Of a stretch of DNA of 27,224 nt, positions 6,944 to 16,702 are shown one piece after another. Under the pieces are notes generated by a model. That model saw nothing but the letters and a program-made list of their open reading frames with translations, did not search any database and was not told the DNA's origin. Position 1 is the stretch's first letter. Every line of letters starts with the position of its first letter. This DNA is from Parvularculaceae bacterium (GTDB lineage Bacteria; Pseudomonadota; Alphaproteobacteria; Caulobacterales; Parvularculaceae): the NCBI GenBank assembly GCA_027080545.1, contig JALWRV010000112.1:1-27224 (forward strand). Reading direction: 5' to 3'. The translations under genes were made by a program, and so were the position numbers.

Positions 6944-7609
6944 ATGATGATGATCTTAAAAACGGGTTCATATTGGTTGGCCCTAATTGGGGTGACGCTT
7001 TTAGCGCTTGCAGGATGTGAATCCATTCCATCAATGGGCGGAGATGACATAGCGGCTGATGGTGATAAGGCGCCGGTTGTAGCGGATGCACCAGTGCAAG
7101 CCGCGCCGGATTATCTCATCGGACCCCTTGATCAATTGCAAATCTTTGTATGGAGGGCGCCGGAATTATCCACCAATGTTACCGTGCGTCCCGATGGGCG
7201 GATTTCAACTCCCCTGGTCGAAGATATGATGGCGGCGGATAAAACCCCGTCGGAATTGGCAAACGATATTGAACAAGTGCTCGGCTCTTATGTGAAAAAG
7301 CCGGAAGTAACGGTGATTGTTAATCAGTTTTCCTCCACCTTTGACCAGCAGGTGCGGGTGTTGGGGGAAGCACAAAAACCGGTAGCTCTGCCTTATCAAA
7401 ATGGCATGACCGTATTGGATGTGATGGTGGCCGTTGGCGGACTTACAGAATTTGCCGCTGGCAATAAGGCGATTTTATATCGCGGGCAGGGAGCAAACCG
7501 CAAAGCCTATCGTTTGCGGCTTGATGATTTGATGCGCAAGGCAGATGTGCAAGCGAATGTGCCGGTCTTACCGGGCGATGTAATTTTAATACCGGAAAGT
7601 TTTTGGTAG
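6944..7609 (+). CDS. Wza/OPX polysaccharide export lipoprotein, XrtA/PEP-CTERM system-associated type
   Basis: Lipobox LALAGC; PES motif YLIGPLDQLQIFVWRAPELS...VRPDGRISTPL; SLBB region GMTVLDVM; ends PGDVILIPESFW. GGAGG precedes ATG 6944. Confidence 0.9.
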   Translation: MMMILKTGSYWLALIGVTLLALAGCESIPSMGGDDIAADGDKAPVVADAPVQAAPDYLIGPLDQLQIFVWRAPELSTNVTVRPDGRISTPLVEDMMAADKTPSELANDIEQVLGSYVKKPEVTVIVNQFSSTFDQQVRVLGEAQKPVALPYQNGMTVLDVMVAVGGLTEFAAGNKAILYRGQGANRKAYRLRLDDLMRKADVQANVPVLPGDVILIPESFW

Positions 7610-7653
7610 AGACGAGACCGCCTGCGGGTGGCTTTGGGGAAGTGTTATAGTGC

Positions 7654-9198
7654 ATGCGATTAGCTGATTTTCCTAATCCGATTGTCAAATATGTGATTGG
7701 CCTGTGGCGTCGCCGCTGGTTGATCGTGGCATTGGCGTGGGGGTTGGCCTTGGTAGGGTGGACCCTGTTGCGTTTCATTCCAGATGTCTATGAATCGCGG
7801 GCACAACTTTATTTTAACACGGATACGCCGATTGGAGAGACAACCTCCGATGTGGGAACCGCGCTTGATTATGATCAGCGTATTGCGGCGCTGCGTTTGC
7901 AACTCTTGTCACGAGAGAATTTGGAAAAAGTTATTCGTGAAACTGGTATTGATGAGGGAATAAGCGGCGAAGCACAAATGCAAAAAAAAGTGCAAAGCCT
8001 TCAGAGGTTGATTAAAATTCTCAGCCCTGAGCGATCTTTTTTCAATATTTCCTATGCTGATCGCGATCCAGTGGTGGCGCAAAGAATTGTCGACTCGCTC
8101 GTGAATTTGTTTATTGAGCAGGATCTTGCTTCCAAATTGCTTGATTATGAAACCGGTCTCAACAATATCGATTTATTGATTGCGGAAGCAAAACAAAAAA
8201 TCACGGACAAAAATCGCGAAATTGCCAAGTTTCAAGAAATGAATGCGGAAGTGTTGGCGGGCGCTGCGCGGTCAAATCGGGTGCTTGAGCAAAAAGAAAA
8301 TGAACTATCCCGGTTGCAATTCGAGCTTTCCACGGCCATCCAGCGGCGTAATAGTCTGGTTGAACAGCTATCAAAGACACCACGCTTTTCTTCCGGTTCA
8401 GAGTTGGACAAGTTGAAACTTGAACTGGCGCAATTGCGTTCGGTTTATAATGATAATTATCCGGACATACAGCGCTTGCAGGCGCGAATTGCCGAATTGG
8501 AAAATAATGGTTCGGCGCTTCCAGAAAATCCTGAATTTGCGCGCCTGTCATTGGCCAAGCAAACGGCTGATGGGGACATTGGCACCTTAAGAGCGCGCAT
8601 TACCCATGTGCAGGGGGAAATAGACAAGCTTTCCATCGCAGCCACCCGTGTGCCGGAAGTTATGGCGCAGCTTGATGATATTATGATTGGCAAAGACCAG
8701 CTGGAAAAAGATTATCAAAAATTGCTGGAGCGGCGTTCACGTTTGGATAATTCTTCGCGCATGGGCGCACTGGGCGGGTCGGTGAAGTACGAAATTTATG
8801 AAAACCCAACAATACCGGCGCTTCCGGCCGGACCACCACGGGCGTTATTGTCAATTGCTATCGCGTTACTTTCTATTGGTGGCGCTATCGGATTGGCGTT
8901 TTTAATGGCGCAGCTTGATGGCACCTATACCCAAGCGGAAGATTTGGAAGAGGCTTTCGGTTTGCCTGTATTGGGGCAACTATCTCCTTCTGAAACGACC
9001 ATGGTGCGGCAAAAATTGTGGCTTGGGCGATCGGCATTGGTGGCGTCCTTGACCTTGATGATGGGGTTGGCGGGAATGATGTTTTTAATCTATTCCCATA
9101 GCCCGATCGCCAAGAAGGTGGGGCCTGTTAATATGGTTTTGGAAAAGCTGTTATTGTCCGACAATAGGGTGACAACCGGAAACGGGGGGCGCTCATGA
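7654..9198 (+). CDS. Polysaccharide chain-length determinant / co-polymerase (XrtA-system type, Wzc N-terminal half)
   Basis: WRRRWLIV + TM, PDVYESRA, long coiled coil, YNDNYPDI motif, PALPAGPPR + TM, C-terminal TM. Confidence 0.85.
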   Translation: MRLADFPNPIVKYVIGLWRRRWLIVALAWGLALVGWTLLRFIPDVYESRAQLYFNTDTPIGETTSDVGTALDYDQRIAALRLQLLSRENLEKVIRETGIDEGISGEAQMQKKVQSLQRLIKILSPERSFFNISYADRDPVVAQRIVDSLVNLFIEQDLASKLLDYETGLNNIDLLIAEAKQKITDKNREIAKFQEMNAEVLAGAARSNRVLEQKENELSRLQFELSTAIQRRNSLVEQLSKTPRFSSGSELDKLKLELAQLRSVYNDNYPDIQRLQARIAELENNGSALPENPEFARLSLAKQTADGDIGTLRARITHVQGEIDKLSIAATRVPEVMAQLDDIMIGKDQLEKDYQKLLERRSRLDNSSRMGALGGSVKYEIYENPTIPALPAGPPRALLSIAIALLSIGGAIGLAFLMAQLDGTYTQAEDLEEAFGLPVLGQLSPSETTMVRQKLWLGRSALVASLTLMMGLAGMMFLIYSHSPIAKKVGPVNMVLEKLLLSDNRVTTGNGGRS

Positions 9199-10154
9199 GC
9201 ATCGTCGAAAAAGCAGCCAACCTGTCCGGAGGGACTGTGCGTCGACGCTCAATGAAGCGTGTGCGCGAACGGCGTGGGCTTGGACCCTCGAACGGATCAC
9301 AGACCGAAACGTTTCAAACCGTTAAACTTGATAATGAGCTTATCGCTGAGCAGGGGTTTTACACTCCCACGGCTAAGCGTAAACGTTTGGCGTTGGAGTT
9401 GCGGGCAATCAAGCGTCGCTTGTTGCGCCGGCTTGATTTTTCTCGCCACGGAACCATTTCCCATAAAGCAGGAGAGCGGCAGAAAAATGTTGTCCTCCTA
9501 ACCTCAACGCGCCCAGCAGAAGGTAAAACATTTACCGCTATCAATCTGGCCCTGTCGCTTGCGATTGAGGATGGTATCCCGGTTTTGTTGATTGATGCGG
9601 ATGTACCGCGTCCGAAGGTTTTCGCTCAGCTGGGCCTAGATGCTGGAATTGGATTAACCGATCATGTCTTGGATCCCTCATTGGATATTTCTGATTTGAT
9701 CGTGAAGGCCGAGGGGCTTGATCTATCGTTAATGTCACAGGGTAAATCGAGCGAAGCCCCCAATGAAATATTTTCTAGACGAGAAATGAAAGAATTGGTT
9801 CGGGAATTATCATTACGCTTCCCGGATCATTTGATTATCTTTGATACGCCGCCGGTTTTGGCAACACCCGAAGCCGTCACCATTGCCAAACATGTGGATG
9901 AAGTCATTTTTGTAGTTGAGGCCAGTGCCACGCCGGAGCCTGCAGTTGCGGCGGCCCTAGAAGAAGTGCTGGACGTGCAACCACGCATATCATTGATATT
10001 GAACCGGTGTTTGGTGCCCGAGCGCGCCAGCGAATATGGCTCCTATGAGGAATATTATTATAAGGATTTTGCAAAAGGCGAGCACGGACAAAATAGCGCC
10101 CCGCAAAACGCGCCTGAAAGAAAAGAGCCAAATTTGAGCGGAGAGGATGCATGA
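9195..10154 (+). CDS. Stand-alone BY-kinase (CpsD/CapB-like tyrosine autokinase)
   Basis: Walker A STRPAEGKT, A' VLLIDAD, B LIIFDTPP; Tyr cluster EYGSYEEYYY. ATGA overlap with the upstream gene. Confidence 0.9.
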   Translation: MSIVEKAANLSGGTVRRRSMKRVRERRGLGPSNGSQTETFQTVKLDNELIAEQGFYTPTAKRKRLALELRAIKRRLLRRLDFSRHGTISHKAGERQKNVVLLTSTRPAEGKTFTAINLALSLAIEDGIPVLLIDADVPRPKVFAQLGLDAGIGLTDHVLDPSLDISDLIVKAEGLDLSLMSQGKSSEAPNEIFSRREMKELVRELSLRFPDHLIIFDTPPVLATPEAVTIAKHVDEVIFVVEASATPEPAVAAALEEVLDVQPRISLILNRCLVPERASEYGSYEEYYYKDFAKGEHGQNSAPQNAPERKEPNLSGEDA

Positions 10155-11845
10155 AGGCGAAGCTGAAATATAGGTTGATCAGCGCTGTGTCGCTCGTGGC
10201 GGGGTTTTTGCCCGGGCCTGTTATGGCGCAAGTATCCGCTGGCAAACCGCCATTGGAATTGCGCACGGATTTTATTGGCTATGCGCTCAGCGCAAGCCCG
10301 CAGGTCACCTATACCGATAATGTGTTGTTGGATAGCGGGACGAATCCGCAAGAAGACGCTATTGCCTCGCTGATCCTCAATGGTGGTGTGTTTGTTAATC
10401 GGCCACATTTTACGGGCCTGGTTTCTGGGGATGTTCGGTTTGGGGGCTATTTAAACCCGGCGACGGATAATGCCGGTGTTGAGCAATATGATCAGTTCAG
10501 AGTAGATAAAAATGTTACCGGTGCCGGGACAATAAAATTTATCGATAATCTGTTGTTCCTTGATTTGGGATTGGCAGCGCAACAGCAAGCCCTTGGCCAA
10601 AATGCGGCAATTGCAGACCGTCAAGGGGCTGCAAATGAACAGCGGGCCGAAGCCTTGTCTTATAGCGTTAGCCCCTATCTCTATTCCAAATTTTCCAATG
10701 AGGGATCAGCCGAAGCGCGTTATCGCTTTACCCGGGTAACTGTGGATGACGCAGATAAGGTAAGCGGTGTTGAAAACTATCTAAACGATAGCGATACCAG
10801 CGAGGTTTTGCTTTCCTATGATAGCGGTAAAATGATGGACCGTTTACGCTTTTCGTTAAACGCCTATGGTAATGATACCAAGGAAAGCGGTTCGGATATT
10901 TTGCCAGAGGTCGATTATTCGCAAGCGGCTGTTTATACAGATTTACGCTATCCACTCAATCGGCGCATTTCTCTTACCGGTACTCTTGGATATGATGACA
11001 TCAACACCAATGGTTCGGCTTATTTTGTCGATTCAGAAATATCAGGGGCCTTCTGGAAAGCGGGTCTATTGTTGAAGCCCGGCCATAGGACCCAAATACA
11101 AGTAGAGTTGGGTGAACGTTATGGGGGCACTTGGGTTGAGAGTGAGGGAGAATATCGCCTTTCTAGTCGATTGATGGTGCGTTCGCACATTTCGCGTACT
11201 TTCCAAACCCGCGCCCAAGGCATTTCCAATAGTTTCTCTGCGCTGCAATCACAAACGTTGAGCTATATTGATGATTTGCGGCAAAATACGGACCTCACAG
11301 CGAATGAAATTGCGGGTCGGGCCGTGACCTTTAATTCTAATCTCACCGATTTGAATCGAGGGCGTTCCGGTTTGGCGGCTTCTGACAATGCAACCTTGTC
11401 CGTGATTGGTCGCAATGCCCGCACCCAATACACTATTTCTGGTGGTTATGATAAATCTGATTTTGGTTTCCAAGAAACCGAGAGCCTGTTTATTGGTACG
11501 CGTGTAGAGCGGCGTTTGTCGCGGCGGACTACCGTCTATGGTCGTCTTAGTGCAAGGCGTGCGGAAACCACGGTCAGCCAGTCTTTTCTTGATTGCACCT
11601 TGGCCTTGAGTACTGACCCGGCTTTCGCTGGGCTTACGCAAGCCGAAATTACTGCCATTTGTCAAAATCCGGCTTCCTTTATTGATAAGGCGACAACCAT
11701 CGATGCGGCATTGGGGGGACGATATCGATTAGGGGATAATGTCTCGGCTTTTTTACAAATAAATCGTACCGATAGAAATTCGCAGAATAACAATCTCGAT
11801 TATACGCAAAACGCCGTCACTGTGGGGGTGACTTATGATTTTTAG
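10151..11845 (+). CDS. Outer-membrane beta-barrel protein, PEP-CTERM/EPS-associated (TIGR03016-like)
   Basis: Signal peptide, YTDNV near the N-terminus, alternating beta-strand pattern, C-terminal beta-signal VGVTYDF. Operon position fits; ATGA overlap. Confidence 0.75.
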   Translation: MKAKLKYRLISAVSLVAGFLPGPVMAQVSAGKPPLELRTDFIGYALSASPQVTYTDNVLLDSGTNPQEDAIASLILNGGVFVNRPHFTGLVSGDVRFGGYLNPATDNAGVEQYDQFRVDKNVTGAGTIKFIDNLLFLDLGLAAQQQALGQNAAIADRQGAANEQRAEALSYSVSPYLYSKFSNEGSAEARYRFTRVTVDDADKVSGVENYLNDSDTSEVLLSYDSGKMMDRLRFSLNAYGNDTKESGSDILPEVDYSQAAVYTDLRYPLNRRISLTGTLGYDDINTNGSAYFVDSEISGAFWKAGLLLKPGHRTQIQVELGERYGGTWVESEGEYRLSSRLMVRSHISRTFQTRAQGISNSFSALQSQTLSYIDDLRQNTDLTANEIAGRAVTFNSNLTDLNRGRSGLAASDNATLSVIGRNARTQYTISGGYDKSDFGFQETESLFIGTRVERRLSRRTTVYGRLSARRAETTVSQSFLDCTLALSTDPAFAGLTQAEITAICQNPASFIDKATTIDAALGGRYRLGDNVSAFLQINRTDRNSQNNNLDYTQNAVTVGVTYDF

Positions 11846-11862
11846 TTGGGGGGTAAAGCACG

Positions 11863-13305
11863 ATGATTGAGGCTTATTTTGGATTGAAAAAGGCACCCTT
11901 TAGGTTGGGGACTGACGAGAGCTTTTACTTTGATAGCTCAATGCATGAGCGTGCGCTTGCCTATCTGAAATATGGTTTGCAGCAGGCAGAAGGCTTGGTG
12001 GTTCTCACAGGCGAAACCGGGGTAGGAAAAACCACCTTAATCGAGCATTTTCTAGTAGAATTTGGGTCGCAAGTCATCGCCAGCAAATTATTGGCCACTG
12101 GCTTTGAACCTGGCGAAATGTTACCGCAAGTCATGACGGCCTTTGGTGCAGATGAACGCGGAGATAATTTTGCAGCGAGAATGAAGGCGCTGGAGAGCTA
12201 TTTTATAGGTCAAAAAAATGCCGGCCATCATATTGTTTTGGTGGTCGATGAGGCGCAAAATCTCGCCTCCCATTCGCTGGAAGAGCTACGCCTGCTCTCC
12301 ACCCTGTCCCATAATGGTGAAGCGCTGTTACAAATATTTCTGGTTGGTCAGCCTGAATTACGCACGCGCTTGAACATGCCGGAAATGACGCATCTCAATC
12401 AACGGGTCGTGGTTTCTTGGACCCTAAAAGCGCTCAATGAAGAAGAAATGGCGGATTATATTGATCACCGTCTGCTGATGGCCGGGTGGGAGGACGAGCA
12501 ATCCTTGTTTACGGACCAAGCTATGGGAAAAATATTTCAAGCAACCCATGGCGTGCCGCGTTTGGTCAATCGCCTGTGTGCACGTTTACTGGTGGGTGCG
12601 GCGTTAAGCGATGCAGACTATATTGATCAACCGCTGGTCGAGCAAATTTTACGAGAAATGGAAGAGGAGGGGATAGAAATTTCCGCCATCCATTCTGCCG
12701 ATGAAAATATCGAAGAAAAAGCCCGAGAAGGAGACAGCGAAGAAACATCTAACGCGCAATCGGAAGAGGATGTTTCTGATATGCCTGTAGCGGCGGAGAC
12801 ATCTCCTGCTATCGTATTGCCGTTTGTCCATAATCGTCAGGCAGAAGAAACGGATTTTCAAGAACAGCAAAGGAATGAAGGTGGTCGTGATGAAATCACC
12901 TTGGAAGATGTGGCCAGAGATATTCGCGCGGTACAAGAAAAAGAAGCGGCGGCGGTTTTTACCGCAGACATAGACTTTGACCTTGAGCAAGAAAAGGACG
13001 GACTAAGTAGCGATATTGATCTTGAACTGGACCAGCCTCGAAATGACGACAAAGAAGAGGTAAATGAGCCTCGAGGCGAGGGAACTGAAGCAGATGAACC
13101 TCCGGCCCATAGCGTCTTTTTTGAAGAGCTGGTTCTGTTTTTAGAGCAAACATGCGATGAATTGCGACAGGTAAGTAAAGATGTCGACAAATTGCGCCAG
13201 CAAATTGATCGGTTGGATACGCAACGCGGCCGGCGTAATCGGTTGATTGCAAAAAGGCTTGTGGAAGTTGAAGACATTATCAGCCAGTTTTACGGACAGC
13301 CATAG
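11863..13305 (+). CDS. ExeA-like AAA ATPase, XrtA/PEP-CTERM-associated (TIGR03015-like), with long acidic and coiled-coil C-terminal extension
   Basis: YFGLKKAPFRL...HERALAYLKYGL, Walker A GETGVGKT, Walker B VVDEAQ, LVGQPEL, GVPRLVNRLC. Confidence 0.85.
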   Translation: MIEAYFGLKKAPFRLGTDESFYFDSSMHERALAYLKYGLQQAEGLVVLTGETGVGKTTLIEHFLVEFGSQVIASKLLATGFEPGEMLPQVMTAFGADERGDNFAARMKALESYFIGQKNAGHHIVLVVDEAQNLASHSLEELRLLSTLSHNGEALLQIFLVGQPELRTRLNMPEMTHLNQRVVVSWTLKALNEEEMADYIDHRLLMAGWEDEQSLFTDQAMGKIFQATHGVPRLVNRLCARLLVGAALSDADYIDQPLVEQILREMEEEGIEISAIHSADENIEEKAREGDSEETSNAQSEEDVSDMPVAAETSPAIVLPFVHNRQAEETDFQEQQRNEGGRDEITLEDVARDIRAVQEKEAAAVFTADIDFDLEQEKDGLSSDIDLELDQPRNDDKEEVNEPRGEGTEADEPPAHSVFFEELVLFLEQTCDELRQVSKDVDKLRQQIDRLDTQRGRRNRLIAKRLVEVEDIISQFYGQP

Positions 13306-13313
13306 GGGGTCTG

Positions 13314-14201
13314 ATGAGACCCATGAGCAAGCGAATTGATAAGTTAAGCCCGATCGTCAATGGTATGAGCATTGATGTTGAGGATTATTTTCAAGTTTGG
13401 GCGCTCAGCGAAAAAATTTCTCCACAAGAGTGGGATGGTTTCTCTCTCCGGGTTGAGGGGGCCACCCGCAAGGCGATGGATCTGCTGGAGCGCCATGGTG
13501 CGCATGGCACTTTTTTCACCTTGGCATGGGTCGCTAAGAAATGTCCCAAACTTGTGCGCGAGATTGTCGAGCGCGGCCATGAATTAGGTAGCCATGGCAT
13601 GGCACATAAGAAAGTATTTGATGAAAATGCGGCAGAGTTTTTAACAGATGCCGAAACCAGCAAAAGAATATTAGAAGATATTGCCGGGGTTGCCGTGAAC
13701 GGGTTTCGCGCTGCCGGGTTTTCTTTCGATCGACGCACCCCCTGGGCCTATGAAAAATTGTGCGAAGCTGGTTATCTTTATTCCTCATCCCTGCACCCGA
13801 TAGCCCATGATCATTACGCCAATGCAGAGGCGCCGACGTCACCCTTCAAGCCGGATCAAGATTTACCGATTATTGAGTTGCCGGTGGCGACAGTAGAGCG
13901 GTTTGGACGACGCTTTACTTGTGCGGGCGGGGGCTGGTTTCGCCTGCTGCCCTATCGTTGGTCACAGAGCCTATGGCGGTCTCTGAATAATCATCGCCAT
14001 TTGCCGGGGATTTTTTATTTTCACCCATGGGAAATCGACCCTGAACAACCGAAAGTGACGGGCCTGTCTGCCCGGTCTCGCTTCCGCCATTATACCAATC
14101 TTGATCATATGGAAAAAAAGCTGGAAAAGCTATTGGCCGATTTTCACTGGGCGCGCCTTGATGCCATCTATCTCGATGATGTGTTGGAGAATGTAGCATG
14201 A
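13314..14201 (+). CDS. Polysaccharide deacetylase, XrtA system type (TIGR03006-like)
   Basis: NGMSIDVEDYFQV, GTFFTLAWVA, GHELGSHGMAH, GFRAAGFS, GGGWFRLLPY, FYFHPWEIDPEQP. Confidence 0.9.
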   Translation: MRPMSKRIDKLSPIVNGMSIDVEDYFQVWALSEKISPQEWDGFSLRVEGATRKAMDLLERHGAHGTFFTLAWVAKKCPKLVREIVERGHELGSHGMAHKKVFDENAAEFLTDAETSKRILEDIAGVAVNGFRAAGFSFDRRTPWAYEKLCEAGYLYSSSLHPIAHDHYANAEAPTSPFKPDQDLPIIELPVATVERFGRRFTCAGGGWFRLLPYRWSQSLWRSLNNHRHLPGIFYFHPWEIDPEQPKVTGLSARSRFRHYTNLDHMEKKLEKLLADFHWARLDAIYLDDVLENVA

Positions 14202-15304
14202 GGGGACAGGGACCCATGATGACGAAGGAAGATGTGTCCGCATCGCCAATGCCAGTTCAGATTGGCCTACTGAACTTAAAAAGGGAAGAAGAACTATGCC
14301 GGTGGGATGCTTATATCGATAAGCATCCGACGGGAAGTTTTTTTCATTATAGCGGATGGTTGCGCGCCGTGCGTGATCATCATGACCATGAAATTTTCCC
14401 CTTGGTGGCGCAAAATTCCGAGGATGAAATTTTAGCCCTGCTACCTTTGGTCGCCATCAACAGCCCATTGTTTGGGCGCTCTTTAATCTCTTCAGCCTTT
14501 TCCGTTGGTGGTGGTATTGTGTCAGATAACCTTAAGGCGACGGCGATGTTGGCCAAACGGGCGGCGTTAATGGCTGCACAGCAAAAGGCGGCCTATGTAG
14601 AATTACGAGGAGGGGAAAAACCTGATGGATGGGTTTCCAAAAGTAAAACCTATGCGGGGTTTGTTAATAAAATTTTGCCCGATTCAGAAGAAGCCCTTTT
14701 GGCGATACCACGAAAAAAACGGGCGGATATCCGCAAAGCCATTAAAGCAGAAACCGCTGGCCAATTAGAATTTATAGAGCAGGCAAGGATTGATGATGTT
14801 TATTCGCTTTATGCCTGTTCCTTGCGTAATTTAGGCACGCCGGTTTTTTCTATTGGTTGGCTGCGAGCCTTGGCAAAAAACTTTTCCTCAGATAGGGTAA
14901 GTTTCAGCCTAGTAAAAGCCAACGCGAAGCCGGTCGCTGGTTTGGTCAGCTTTTGGCACAAGAACAGGGTCATGCCTTATTATGTAGGCGCCTTGCCTCA
15001 GGCGCGTGAACTTCACGCCTATGATTATCTCTATTGGAAATTGATGGAAATGGCCCGAGAGCGCGGGGTCAGCGATTTTGATTTTGGTCGCTCTAAATAT
15101 GACACCGGATCATTTGCTTATAAAACCTATTGGGGGTTTCAACCAACACCTTTGTTCTATCATTATCATTTAGGGGGCGGGCAAAAAATACCGGATATCA
15201 ATCCGGATAACCCAAAATTCAATCTCGCAACAAAGGTCTGGAAAAAACTACCCTTACCAATGGCAAATATTCTGGGGCCTATAGTGGCGCGGCATCTGGC
15301 ATAA
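14198..15304 (+). CDS. FemAB-related GNAT-fold protein, XrtA/PEP-CTERM-associated (TIGR03019-like)
   Basis: WDAYIDKHPTGSFFH, SPLFGRSLISSAFSVGGG, IPRKKRADIRK, LRNLGTPVF, FDFGRSKYDTGSFAYKTYWGF, NPDNPKF. ATGA overlap. Confidence 0.9.
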   Translation: MRGQGPMMTKEDVSASPMPVQIGLLNLKREEELCRWDAYIDKHPTGSFFHYSGWLRAVRDHHDHEIFPLVAQNSEDEILALLPLVAINSPLFGRSLISSAFSVGGGIVSDNLKATAMLAKRAALMAAQQKAAYVELRGGEKPDGWVSKSKTYAGFVNKILPDSEEALLAIPRKKRADIRKAIKAETAGQLEFIEQARIDDVYSLYACSLRNLGTPVFSIGWLRALAKNFSSDRVSFSLVKANAKPVAGLVSFWHKNRVMPYYVGALPQARELHAYDYLYWKLMEMARERGVSDFDFGRSKYDTGSFAYKTYWGFQPTPLFYHYHLGGGQKIPDINPDNPKFNLATKVWKKLPLPMANILGPIVARHLA

Positions 15305-15308
15305 ACAC

Positions 15309-16562
15309 ATGACAAAACCGGCAAAAAAATGCGCCCTGCTCTTGGTTCATCGTATTCCGTTTCCACCCGATAAGGGGGATAAAATTCGGTCTTGGCAGTT
15401 AACTCAATATCTTGCACAAAAATACCACCTCACCTTGGGGGGCTTTGTTGATGAGGAGCGGGATTGGCGCTATGTGGAGCGCCTTGAGAAACTTTGCGAG
15501 ACGGTAAAGTTTTTTCCGCTCCATCGCGAAAAAGTAAAATGGAAGAGCCTCACAGGGTTGTTAAGGGGCGAGGCATTATCGCAAACCTTCTATCGCTCAA
15601 AGGCAATGGACAAATGGCTTTCCACGCTCTGCGCAAAAGGTCCGTTCGATTTGGTCATGGGGTTTTCCTCTTCCATGGGGCAATATGTTACGCGCAAAGG
15701 TTTAGGGCGCGTGCGCTTGTTAGATATGGTTGATGCAGATAGCGATAAATGGCGCCAATATGCCAAGCAAAAATGTTTTCCCGAAAGTTGGCTCTATCAT
15801 CGCGAGGCAAAGCGATTGCAAAAAGATGAGGCACTTTTGTCGCGCCAATTGGATGGTGTGTTTTTGATTACTCCGGAAGAGGCGGATTATGTGCGCGCCT
15901 TGTCGGGGGCAGACAGTGCGAAAATAGATTATTGGCGCAATGGTGTTGATCTTGATTATTTTAATCCTGCCAGCGTGTCCGTCGATGAAAAAGAGGTCGA
16001 ACCTGATCAAACGGCTCGATGCGAGATTGTGTTTGCAGGGGCGATGGATTATTGGGCGAATGTGCAGGCGATTGACTGGTTCATGACAAAGGTTTGGCCA
16101 CGGGCAAAAGCCCAAAACCCCGATCTTCATTTAACCATTGTTGGATCGAACCCCACTCCCAAGGTGAGGGCCTTGGCCACTCAGGACGGGGTGGAGGTGA
16201 CGGGGCGTGTCGCGGATGTGCGGCCCTTTCTTGCACGGGCCAGCCTCATTATTGCGCCTTTGCAAATTGCCCGCGGTGTTCAAAACAAGGTGTTAGAAGC
16301 CATGGCCATGGCCAAGCCAGTGATCGCGTCGCCGCAGGCTCTTGAGGGGCTGGAAGCAGAGGCCCATGATTGTCTCTATCCGGCCACGCAGGCGGAAGAT
16401 TGGGTAAATTTATTGGGTGAGCTTACCCCCGCACAGCGGGCAGAAAAGGGGGCGGCAGCGCGCCTCTTCGTCGAGCGCCACTATGGGTGGAGGGGTCAAT
16501 TGGCTCGGCTGGGTGCCCATCTGGACAGTTTTGCCGTTCACGGCCTCGACCCAGAGGAATGA
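15309..16562 (+). CDS. GT4 glycosyltransferase, PEP-CTERM/XrtA system (TIGR03087-like)
   Basis: LLVHRIPFPPDKGDKIRS, DMVDADSDKWRQYA, FAGAMDYWANV, APLQIARGVQNKVLEAMAM. Confidence 0.9.
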   Translation: MTKPAKKCALLLVHRIPFPPDKGDKIRSWQLTQYLAQKYHLTLGGFVDEERDWRYVERLEKLCETVKFFPLHREKVKWKSLTGLLRGEALSQTFYRSKAMDKWLSTLCAKGPFDLVMGFSSSMGQYVTRKGLGRVRLLDMVDADSDKWRQYAKQKCFPESWLYHREAKRLQKDEALLSRQLDGVFLITPEEADYVRALSGADSAKIDYWRNGVDLDYFNPASVSVDEKEVEPDQTARCEIVFAGAMDYWANVQAIDWFMTKVWPRAKAQNPDLHLTIVGSNPTPKVRALATQDGVEVTGRVADVRPFLARASLIIAPLQIARGVQNKVLEAMAMAKPVIASPQALEGLEAEAHDCLYPATQAEDWVNLLGELTPAQRAEKGAAARLFVERHYGWRGQLARLGAHLDSFAVHGLDPEE

Positions 16563-16571
16563 AAAAACATT

Positions 16572-16588
16572 TATCTATCAGATAGATA
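16572..16588. promoter_or_regulatory. Perfect 8-1-8 palindrome, operator-like
   Basis: TATCTATC-A-GATAGATA, 9 bp after the EPS operon stop and upstream of the 16703 gene. Confidence 0.4.
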
Positions 16589-16702
16589 GAATGGTTTACG
16601 GGTTTTATGGCAAGGGCAGCATCATATTGTCGCTTGGCCAAATGGTTAATTACCGTTAAGGTAGCCTCGGGATTTCACCCGCGTAACTCTTATCTGGGGC
16701 GT

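Noticed and set aside
7654-10154. Wzc split into a co-polymerase and a separate kinase in a Gram-negative bacterium
   Set aside because: Known, standard arrangement of XrtA/PEP-CTERM EPS loci.
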